A DNA stretch of 64,000 nt from Octopus bimaculoides (lineage: Eukaryota): contig NC_068983.1 of NCBI RefSeq assembly GCF_001194135.2, positions 166,678,292-166,742,291 of the forward strand, in the 5' to 3' direction. The notes under the pieces were generated by a model. It saw nothing but the letters and a program-made list of their open reading frames with translations, ran no database searches and had not been told where the DNA came from. The position numbers were made by a program, and so were the translations under genes. Every line of letters begins with the position of its first letter. Position 1 is the first letter of the stretch. Positions 36,600-46,269 of this stretch are shown here, piece by piece.

Positions 36600-37146
36600 C
36601 ATGTTCAATTAATAAATTGTAATGTTCTTCTCTCTCTCCCATCTCTTTGTACCAGTATAATTCTGTGTGTGTGTGTCTCTGGCACCAAAAACCACTGCCA
36701 CCAAAACAGGCTAAATATCCAGTCAGCCGAATGATGAGTGCTTGTGCAGCCATACTCAATTGTCTCATCCCACCATTTCAATATATATATACACATAAGT
36801 GTTTGCTTATACAAATAACTGCAACGTGCATCAGTGTGTGCAATATAGAAATACCACTCAGAATCAGAGTTACACAAAACAGATGCAATTCGGTTGAACA
36901 ATTTCTGAAGCTGGTTCATAAAATTTGATGTTGACATTCTTCTTTCCATAACAAAATATCTGGTCACCATACAAGTTTGTGGACATCGTATTTCGACTGG
37001 AAAAGACACATCAAGTTAGCTTTATTTTACAAATATAACTCAGATTTTATGCAAACCAGATGTAGTCATGTCTCTCAATTACAATTAGTTCATGGTTTGG
37101 TTGTCATTCCTGTTTGGAGCCATTTCATTTAACTTATGATATTAAT

Positions 37147-37360
37147 CATCATTGTTATCACCATCACCATTTTAACATCCACCTTTCCATGCTGGCATGG
37201 GTCAGAAGAGAATGTTAATAAGGCAGATGGATGGAGGCCTCTCCTGTCAGTACCCCTTACTTCTTTCTGAGCAAGGGAATATTTTTACAGCAGATAAGAA
37301 ATGAAGGACACTGCTCATATGATGGTGACACTCGTTTACAACTATCACATGATGTCAAGA
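37147..37360 (-). mobile_element. RTE-related 3'-end fragment (R2)
   Basis: TTTAACATCCACCTTTCCATGCTGGCATGGGTCAGA...GGTGACACTCGTTTACAACTATCAC. Confidence 0.6.
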
Positions 37361-37387
37361 CACACACACATTTATATTATCTTTCTT

Positions 37388-37570
37388 CTTTTACTTGTTT
37401 CAATCATTGGGCTCTGGCCATGCTGGAGCATCTCCTTGAAGAGTTCAGTCAAACAAATCACTCCCAATATTTATTTTTTTGAGTTTGGCACTTACTCTGT
37501 CAGTCTCTTTTGCTGAACTGTTAAGTTATGGAGATGTAAACAAACCAACACCAGTTGTCAAGACAGGAAT
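37388..37570 (-). mobile_element. SINE family A, 3' half
   Basis: TTTTACTTGTTTCAATCATT..GGCCATGCTGGAGCA..CACCAGTTGTCAAG. Confidence 0.7.
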
Positions 37571-37584
37571 GGTGTGGAAGTCCA

Positions 37585-37810
37585 TTGTGTTTTTGTGTGT
37601 GTCTCGGTGCTTGTCACCCACCCCTCAATGCTTGAAAAACAGTGTCGGTTTGTTTATGTTCCAATATCTGAGTGGTTCAGCAAAAGAGTGATAAAATAAA
37701 TCCCAAAGTGTTTTAAAACAAGTACCAGAGTCAATTTGTTTGACTAAAACCCTTCAAGGTAGTGCCCCAGCATGGCCACAGTCCAATGACTGAAACAAAT
37801 AAAAGAGAAG
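37585..37810 (+). mobile_element. SINE family A, 3' half
   Basis: GTTCAGCAAAAGAG..CCCCAGCATGGCCACAGTCCAATGACTGAAACAAATAAAAG. Confidence 0.7.
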
Positions 37811-38038
37811 AGATTGTACAACATTCAAAATCTTCCCTCCAGGGGTGAACTGAACTGGATTAAATTGAATCTGAACTGAGATTAAACTCAAAACGAAGTT
37901 TACAGACTTGCCTCGTTAAGGAATCACTTCCATAGAACATTGGTCTCAAGTTTTGGCACAAGTTCAGGAAACGGGGTAAGCCAATTACTTTAACCCCACT
38001 GACCCTGAAAGGATCAAGGGAAAAGTTGACCTTGGAGG

Positions 38039-38248
38039 CACGTAAAAATTTGACTGGTAACACGTAAAAAGCATCCACTACACTCTTGGAGTGGTTGGCA
38101 TTAGGAAGAGCATCCAGCTGTAGAAACTTTGCCAGATCAGATTGGAGCCTGGTACAGCCTTCTGGCTTGCCAGTGCTCAATCAAACTGTCCAACCCATGC
38201 CAGCATGGAAAGCAGACATTAAATGACGATGATGATGATGATGATGAT
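38039..38248 (+). mobile_element. RTE 3'-end fragment (R1)
   Basis: CCAACCCATGCCAGCATGGAAAGCAGAC plus (GAT)n. Confidence 0.85.
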
Positions 38249-38406
38249 AAGAGCCAGAAGAAATAGCACTAAACATTTCACCAATCCTGCAAACGATTCT
38301 AGCAGTTCACCATTTTGCTTCCATAGAAATCACTTACATTTCTCTTTTTTTATTTTTTTATTCTTCCTCAAAATCACAATCTCAATCAAAATGGAAATTG
38401 TAGTCG

Positions 38407-38620
38407 ATGCCAATGCTGCCTGACTGGCTCCCCATGCTGGTGACACATGAAAAGCACCATCCAGACGTGGTCAATGCCAGCCCCGGCATTAGGAAGGGCA
38501 TCCAACTGTAGAAATCTCGCCAGATCAGATTGGAGCCTGGTGCAGCCTCCTGGCTTGCTAGTCACCAGTCTAGCAACCATCCAACCCATGCCAGCATGGA
38601 AAGCAGATCTTGATGATGAT
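38407..38620 (+). mobile_element. RTE 3'-end fragment (R1)
   Basis: GCATTAGGAAGGGCATCC..CCAACCCATGCCAGCATGGAAAGC..GATGATGAT. Confidence 0.8.
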
Positions 38621-39003
38621 TCACCCTGTTATAAACGATAATTCTGTGTCATTTAAGCAGAAAGAAGCAAAGTTGTCACCAAATAAAGTTGCTGTTTATT
38701 TTGCAGGTGGTGGGGGGAGGCCCAGTTTCTAATGAGGAAGGATTTTACAAAATGTGAACACTGTGTGTTGACTTTCACTGAAAACAATGAAAGAGTGTCG
38801 GAGCTCCGTCCTTCAAGAACTGAGAGTCACCCACCTGACATGGTTTCTCTTACCCTTTCACATTTAGCCGCTAATGGAGGGATCCTTTACAGTTTACACT
38901 ATTACCTCTTTAAACATTTTGCTGAGAATGCATATAGGTGAGAGTGTAAACTGCACTTGTGTGTGCGTGTATGTGTATGGGAGTGGTGTACGTCAAATAT
39001 TTT

Positions 39004-39230
39004 ATCATCATCATCATCATCATCATTTCAATGTCCAGATTTCATTCTGGTATGGGTTGGATGGTTTGAGTTGAAACGACTGCATTGTCCTCCAGTGTTT
39101 GCTTTTGGAATGATTTCTATGGCTGGATGCCCTTTCCAATGTAAACAGTAGGGGTTCCAACCACATCCCAATGTAGATTGGGTACATTTTTTTGTGCCAC
39201 CAACTCTATTGAGGTCATTGTGGCTTGCAA
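39004..39230 (-). mobile_element. RTE 3'-end variant
   Basis: (CAT)n, GGTATGGGTTGGATGGTTTG, TATGGCTGGATGCCCTT. Confidence 0.55.
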
Positions 39231-39789
39231 GTCAACAACATCCTCCTGGATGGAGGATGTTGCCTCTCTATGTTAGAGAGGTGGGGGGAGGTTAAGGTAT
39301 GTGGGAAGAGGCTGGAGTAGAGAAGGGTCTTGTTGTAGGGGAGCTGCATGGCTACTCACATTTAAGTGAGAGAGAGAGAGAATGAATTGGTGGTACCTGC
39401 AAAAATGTAGACAGTGGTGATGAGTTATCCAGGTGGCAGCTCAGGTAGGAGGAGTAAATGGGGAAGGTGGGAGAGAGAGAGAGAGGTAGGTAGGAAACAC
39501 CTGTAAAGATTGGGAAGGGCTGTATGAGAGAGAGATGCTGGCAGTAAGGGAGTAGTTATGATATTGTTGACAGTGGGAGGAGAGAGAGATGATGTTTTGG
39601 GTAGAGAGAGGGGAGAGAGAGAGGCAGGTGTAGGCGGTGAAAAGAGACAGTTTAGTGATCCAGGGAAGCCGTATCAAATGAAGACAGCTATTTATGCATC
39701 GTGGCTTAGTTTGGCTTCATGCTCTTGTTTGATGGGGTTAGAGTCAGTCTAAGTTAGTCGTCCCAGGTGTGTCATCATGCATAAAGCTG

Positions 39790-40158
39790 ACAGGTGGACC
39801 TGTCAGCTTTCCATTGCCAGTGATCCCAGGCCAGCCTCTCTGCATCCTCCAAGGTGACACTGAGCCTCTGTAGATCTTCTCCAATCACATCCATCCATTT
39901 GGTGCAAGGCCTACCATGAGGCCTCTTCCAGCCTGCAGCTGCTGCATCGAATGAGAGTAAAGCCCTGGTAGGAGGATCTAGCAGGAGATGGAGGACATGT
40001 CTGTACCAGCACCTGAAACAGACAGCTATGAAGCAGGGGGCTGTGGGCTGACGCAGGCATGCACACAGTTCTTTGTTGGAAACATGATGGTACCATCTGA
40101 TGTTCTCGATGGTTCTCACGGCTCTGCTATCAAAGCTGTCAATCCTCTTTGTCAGGGT
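39790..40158 (-). pseudogene. RTE-clade LINE ORF C-terminus (second lineage)
   Basis: KRIDSFDSRAVRTIENIRWYHHVSNKEL...GWKRPHGRPCTKWMDVIGEDL...LAWDHWQW matches the RTE C-terminal pattern RIDAF..W...SN..GRP..RW.D. Confidence 0.8.
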
Positions 40159-40645
40159 CTTCGAGCTTTGTGCCTCACAGAGGCAATGACTTGTGACTGA
40201 GACCTTTAGCGATATGCTGTGCTTGAGCAGAAGACCCATCAAGCCAAGTGAAATCGTAGTTGTGGCTGATGCTGGTGTCATGTAACTGGCATGGGAAAAA
40301 GCACCTTTTGAGTATTGGGCCTCACAGAGGTAAAGTGGCTGAGCTCCTTCCAAGTGTTGGGCCTCACAGGGGCAATCATCGAAACGCCTGACATTATGTC
40401 GTGCTTGAGAAGAAGACACATCAAGCCAAGTAAAATTGCAGTTGTGGCAGATATTGGTGTCGTGCGAATGGCACCTGTGCTGGGTGGTGGCACATAAAAG
40501 CACCCATTACACTCTTGGAAGGGCACCCAACCATAGAGACCATGCCAGATCAGACTGGGGTCTGGTGCAGCCTTCCAGCTTGCCAGCCCTGGTCAAACTG
40601 TCCAACCCATGCCAGCATGGACAACAGACGTTAAATGATGATGAT
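40158..40645 (+). mobile_element. RTE 3' end (R1) with duplicated ORF terminus
   Basis: LCLTEAMT..KTHQAK* and LGLTGAI..HIKPSK in tandem, then R1 UTR and (GAT)n tail. Confidence 0.75.
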
Positions 40646-40780
40646 ATACGCACACACATCTGCACACAACATTATATATTCCTTAAGGAATCTAGTTAAA
40701 GATTTTTTGAGGTGAAATCTTATGCTATATTGGTAACGATTACAGAGTTTACTTTGAAATTTATATATATATATATATCC

Positions 40781-40825
40781 GAGGCGATGACTATTGACCG
40801 AGACCTTTGGAAATGTGCTGTGCGT
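40781..40825 (+). mobile_element. RTE ORF terminus running into an N gap
   Basis: GAGGCGATGACTATTGACCGAGACCTTTGGAAATGTGCTGTGCGT = EAMTIDRDLWKCAVR. Confidence 0.7.
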
Positions 40826-42019
40826 NNNNNNNNNNNNNNNNNNNNNNNNNNNNNNNNNNNNNNNNNNNNNNNNNNNNNNNNNNNNNNNNNNNNNNNNNNN
40901 NNNNNNNNNNNNNNNNNNNNNNNNNNNNNNNNNNNNNNNNNNNNNNNNNNNNNNNNNNNNNNNNNNNNNNNNNNNNNNNNNNNNNNNNNNNNNNNNNNNN
41001 NNNNNNNNNNNNNNNNNNNNNNNNNNNNNNNNNNNNNNNNNNNNNNNNNNNNNNNNNNNNNNNNNNNNNNNNNNNNNNNNNNNNNNNNNNNNNNNNNNNN
41101 NNNNNNNNNNNNNNNNNNNNNNNNNNNNNNNNNNNNNNNNNNNNNNNNNNNNNNNNNNNNNNNNNNNNNNNNNNNNNNNNNNNNNNNNNNNNNNNNNNNN
41201 NNNNNNNNNNNNNNNNNNNNNNNNNNNNNNNNNNNNNNNNNNNNNNNNNNNNNNNNNNNNNNNNNNNNNNNNNNNNNNNNNNNNNNNNNNNNNNNNNNNN
41301 NNNNNNNNNNNNNNNNNNNNNNNNNNNNNNNNNNNNNNNNNNNNNNNNNNNNNNNNNNNNNNNNNNNNNNNNNNNNNNNNNNNNNNNNNNNNNNNNNNNN
41401 NNNNNNNNNNNNNNNNNATATATATATATATATATATATAATCAATTCAGATGCAGTTAGGTGTGTCATGTATTTAGCTCATGTACTTATTAGTGTTTGA
41501 TAGTCTATATTATCACTTTATAATACTTTCAATACTACAAATGTACATGGTGACTGTCAACTTGTAGATACTTATGACCATCACTGACAAATTATTCTAG
41601 ATGATAAAGACAATGGCTGTCTGTTTTGAAATTGAAACTCAATCACAGCTTGCACACGCCTCTAAGATTCTTACCCACAAAACCAAGTAGTCCAGAAATG
41701 AGCCAGATTAAGAATGTCTGGCTTTGCAATGAGATGGATGTCATTTCAGAATTTCTTTCTCCTTGGAAGATGTCTTGAGAAAGACAAGAGGATCCACACT
41801 CCCAACTGTTAGACAGCCATTGATGCTGCTGAGTTCATATTGCCTTTGACAGAATTTACTTTTCATCCTGCTGGGTGTCCAATGAAAACCAGCCTCCTTA
41901 CCAAGCAGGAATGGTGGCATTCCTGGTTTAAGTCATTGACATCCCAACTATGTGACAGCTGGTATGAACATATACACAAACACAACTATATATTCATGCA
42001 TATATACATATACATTCAC

Positions 42020-42052
<33 letters not shown>

Positions 42053-42079
42053 TGCATGCACCCACTACACTCGCTGTTG

Positions 42080-42165
42080 CAGCCTCTTGGCTTCCCAGAC
42101 CCCGGTCAAACCGTCCAACCCATGCCAGCATGGAAAACGGACGTTAAACGATGATGATGATGATA
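42080..42165 (+). mobile_element. RTE extreme 3' tip (R1)
   Basis: GGTCAAACCGTCCAACCCATGCCAGCATGGAAAACGGACGTTAAACGATGATGATG. Confidence 0.85.
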
Positions 42166-42253
42166 TGTAATTGTTAAAGAGGACAACAAAGGCTAAGGCA
42201 AGGCAAACATCTCAAGTCAAATACATTATTATTATTATTGGAAAAAATTCAAA

Positions 42254-42309
42254 GTCTTACAGCTGTTTCTGGGATATCCCAGGTTATGAGATATTCCATC
42301 ATCAGAGAC
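42254..42309 (-). ncRNA. minimal type-I hammerhead ribozyme motif
   Basis: GTCT-CTGATGA-[TGGAATATCTCA taacc TGGGATATCCCA]-GAAA-CAGCTG-TA-AGAC: canonical core, extended stem II, palindromic stem III, GUA triplet. Confidence 0.75.
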
Positions 42310-42732
42310 AAATAGGGAAAATGAGAAGGGTCTAGATTAATGAGATGATGACATAGAGGAAGGGAGTAAAGGTATAAGGAGCTGAAGAGAGAGAAGAAAA
42401 AAGAAGCATAGAAGTTCCTGGGTCAACTTTCTGATGTTGTAGAAACAAGTGCATAAGTCCGGATATTCTTCGAGTAAACAAGCAAAAATCCATCGCAATA
42501 TGGAATATAAATACCTCTGCTATCTATGCTATATCAACTTTCGTTCCAACATAAATTTCCGGATTATTCACACAAGGATTAATCTGCACGAATTTCTACA
42601 CGGATATTTACCACTGGAATGAAACTACTCTTCAAGTACTGTTCTCTCCTTTTTCAGCACATCACACTCTTTACCACTTCATACTAAAAATATCCGCCTA
42701 TGGATATAATAATAGATAACTTTATTTTTTCT

Positions 42733-42781
42733 GTCTCCGATGAAGGGAATTACTGGATCTTCCCAGAAACAGCTGTAAGAC
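42733..42781 (+). ncRNA. minimal type-I hammerhead ribozyme motif (U4C core variant)
   Basis: GTCT-CCGATGA-A-GGGAA ttactggatc TTCCC-A-GAAA-CAGCTG-TA-AGAC. Confidence 0.7.
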
Positions 42782-42982
42782 TCTATCCATAAAATTCTTC
42801 AACCTTACCTTTGCTCTCTTTATCCTTTTGTTTTTATATATTTACATATACACACGCTAATACACGACTTATAATCCCCAATCCTGTTCATACAACGATT
42901 GGGGCAAAACTAATCGGTATACAGCACTTACTCGGTATTACCTGTATCCTCCGGGGTTTGGTTAAATCCAATACCCTCCTCA

Positions 42983-43012
<30 letters not shown>

Positions 43013-43013
<1 letters not shown>

Positions 43014-43344
43014 CCACTTAAATGTGGATGTTGTGTTAGAACACAGTACACTGTGTTATTTACTCTTAGAGAACCTTTCATATGGACTTTGGATGCATAT
43101 AAACACTCATGTTTATACACTGAGATAATATATAGAGAGAAATTGCTGGTGTCTCTAGTTGTGGTTGTCTACTATTGACAAGGCCACGGAAAGCTGAGAT
43201 CACATGATCTGGCAGTTGTGGACAACAATCTTCCACCAGCGATATAAACGCAAGTGCTCTTATGCACCCTGAGTCCATATGCAGGATTCTCTCAGAGTAA
43301 ATAATGCAGTATTCCATGTCCTAAACCATCCACTTTTAAGTGGG
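43013..43344. mobile_element. MITE with ~85-bp imperfect TIRs inserted at a (TA)n run
   Basis: CCACTTAAATGTGGATG..TTATTTACTCTTAGAGAACC..GATGCATA mirrored by TATGCACC..TCTCAGAGTAAATAA..CATCCACTTTTAAGTGG. Confidence 0.65.
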
Positions 43345-43445
43345 AGATAAGTATTACCTTTTGGTATTAATACTGCTTCTGTTGTTATGCTTTATTGTAT
43401 ATAAATATACACAATATATATAGACACACATGTAGAGAGACTGAT

Positions 43446-43585
43446 GCAGACATGGCAGAGTGGTTAAGAAGTTCACAACCATGTAGTTTCAGGTTCAGTC
43501 CCACTGTACGGCATCTTGGGCCGATTAAGGCTTTGTGGATTTGGCAGACAGAAACAATAAGACACTTATTGTGTGTGTGTGTGTT
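43446..43585 (+). mobile_element. SINE family A, 5' part with deletion
   Basis: ATGGCAGAGTGGTTAAGAAG, AGGTTCAGTCCCACTG, GGATTTGGCAGACAGAAAC. Confidence 0.65.
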
Positions 43586-44159
43586 TCTATTTCCCCTGAC
43601 TATTATCTGCTGATCAGAAATGAAGTCACTACTGATACAGACAATATCATTTGATTGTAATCTTTGGACATGTTCTAGTCTTATTATGACCTCATCACAC
43701 ACTTGCTGAAGCATTGATAGCAGAATTACTAAATGTACATTTGTTACTGTAGGAAAATACAACAGTTTGAAAAACAAGTCAGAGACTCCATCTGCATGAA
43801 AAAATAATAGCTAAATTAGTTTTAACATTTTTAATGCAAGAAGCATTAAAAAGCAAGAAATATCATATACCGTAACATTGCGATGAAATGCAGTTTAAAT
43901 GGTAGAAATAAGAAAGTGCCAGAATAATTTCAGCAACTTTTATTTTTATCCCTGAAGTTCTGTGTTCAAATCCTGCCAAGATTTATTTCATTTTTCATTA
44001 TTCTAGGGTTGATATAAAAACAAATCAAACACATTGTTGATGTGATCATCTATCATCATCATCATCATCTATCATCCTTTAACGTGTGCTTCCCATGTTG
44101 GCATGGGTTGGACTGTACCCTCTCCATCAAGTTGTGGCCTTGCACCTCTGTTTTTCTTT

Positions 44160-44375
44160 TCTTTCTACTATAGACACAAGGCCTGAGATTTGTAAGGAGG
44201 GAGCTGGTTGATTACGTTACCCACGGCTCGACTCCTACTTATTCCATTGACCCTGAAAGGGACAAAAGACAAAGATGACTTCTGTGGGATCCGATCTCAG
44301 AATGTAAAGCTGGAGAAATGAGGCTAAGCACTGCGCCTGATGACAATGCTAACGACCCAGCCAGCTTACTACTTT
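44160..44375 (-). mobile_element. SINE family B, degenerate
   Basis: GACACAAGGCC..TTGACCCTGAAAGG..GCTAACGACCCAGCCAGC. Confidence 0.55.
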
Positions 44376-44387
44376 CGTTGTACTTAT

Positions 44388-44752
44388 CTTTTGCTTGTGG
44401 CAGTCATTAGGCTGCGGCCATGCTGGGGCACCACCTTGAAGAATTTTTAGTCAAAAGAATTGACCCCAGGATTTATCTTTGTTTAAGCCTGATACTTATT
44501 CAATCAGCCTCTTCTGCCAAACCACTAAGTTACAGGGATGTAAACACACCAACACCAGTTGCCAAGCAGTAGTAGGCAACTAAGACAGACACACGCACAC
44601 ATGATGGGCTTCTTTCAGTTTCCACCTACCAAATCCACTCACAAGGCTTTGGTCAGCCCGAGGCTATAGCAGAAGACACTTGCGCAAGGTACCATGCTGT
44701 TGGACCGAATCCGGAACCATGTGGGTGGGAAGAAAACTTCTTACCACACAGT
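44388..44752 (-). mobile_element. SINE family A, near full length
   Basis: Collinear with 24332-24709 along its whole length. Confidence 0.85.
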
Positions 44753-44789
44753 CCACCAAAAAAAATCAATATTGTGTGGGTGATGAAAG

Positions 44790-44960
44790 GTGATTAAGTA
44801 CTTGGAGCAGTAAAGTCCATGTTCTCCTTTTTTTATTATTCCTGGTTCAAATCTTGCCAACATTGACTTTATCGTTGAACTCTTCCACCTCAATCTCACA
44901 CAAGTTGATAAGTTTCGGTCAAGTCCTGAGATCAATTCAATCAACAGACAGTCTGTATTT
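44790..44960 (+). mobile_element. SINE family B, degenerate
   Basis: GGTTCAAATCTTGCCAACATTGACTTT..TTGATAAGTTTCGGTC. Confidence 0.4.
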
Positions 44961-45523
44961 CCCGGCAAGTATATGGCTTTGTCCCTATTCAACAGCGCAC
45001 AGGTTATTCACAAAACTGGAAATAGTTCTGACTGAATGAGAGAGAGAGAAAGGTCAAACATTTTTTGTTATTATAGAAACATTCAGTAGGGAATTTCACC
45101 ATTTCTGTCAGCTCCTCTGTTATCCATGGTGAAGCGGCAGGTGGGTGGTGACAATCTAAAGATGTCAATGCAGGCATGTGGAAAGACGAAACACAACTTT
45201 AGGTCCCCACCCAATTGTAACAATTCTCTCTGTAAAATCTGTTTTATAGATATATTTCATAACAACGGACATGAATAAAGTGACTTGTATTGAACGGAGG
45301 TGAGCTGGGTGTGAAAAAAAACAAACAAAAAAAAGAAAAACTGTTGGATACTATAATAAAACCAAACACACAAATATGTACAGAGAAATACACACACACA
45401 TTGTGTTGTTCTGTCTGCCATGTATACACCTAGGCATACATGCGATCACATACATACTCCTGAATACATATTCTCTCTCACCCTCACCCCCACATGCACA
45501 CAAATACTCTCATACACTGACTA

Positions 45524-45554
<31 letters not shown>

Positions 45555-46269
45555 GTCTCTCTTTCCTACACAAATACCTAAGCTGACATGCCGCACACTT
45601 ATGCATATACACATTCACACACACATTCTTTTTGCCTCTCTCATACATACACAATGGCTGGCGCACACACACACACTGTCTCTTGTTCTCTATCTCCCTT
45701 CCCTCCACATACATGCATATACATACCCTCACACTAGTGCACAAGCACACTCTCCTTATCTCCCTCCTTAGCACACACACACACATACACATCATTAGAG
45801 TGGAGATAATGGCAGAACAACTGGTTAAGTGGAGGCTAATATACTTAATGAGCCAAAAAATTTGATGACACACTGCCCTCTGGGTAATTTTCTCCTCATT
45901 TAAGGAATTTATATTATCTTGTCTCTTTGTATATATGGAGCTATGTTATCCAATAAACCCTTTACTAATTTCAGACAGTAAGATGGCATTTGAGGGAAGG
46001 GAAATTCAGCTGTTATTTCTAGCAGGCTGAGGGACATTGCAAAAGTTTTCTTGTTAAAGTAAACTTGGTTGTTATTGTTGTTTTAGCCTAAAATCAACCC
46101 TAATTGAAAAAAAAACCATTTCACTTATAATGGTCCTAACTTCCTTTAGTTTCTAAAATATATATCCTTAATTTTAAAACAGCAGGGTGTGATTTGAGGG
46201 AGATTTGACAGCTGCTTTAAGCAGACCAAGTGTTCTCGTAGAAGTACCCTCATTGAAGAGTCTCTACAG

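Larger units (their letters stand above)
42240..42800. mobile_element. Penelope-like composite with outward-facing hammerhead-bearing ends
   Basis: AGTCTTACAGCTGTTTCTGGGA (42253-42274) is the exact reverse complement of TCCCAGAAACAGCTGTAAGACT (42761-42782); each end carries a hammerhead core. Confidence 0.65.
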
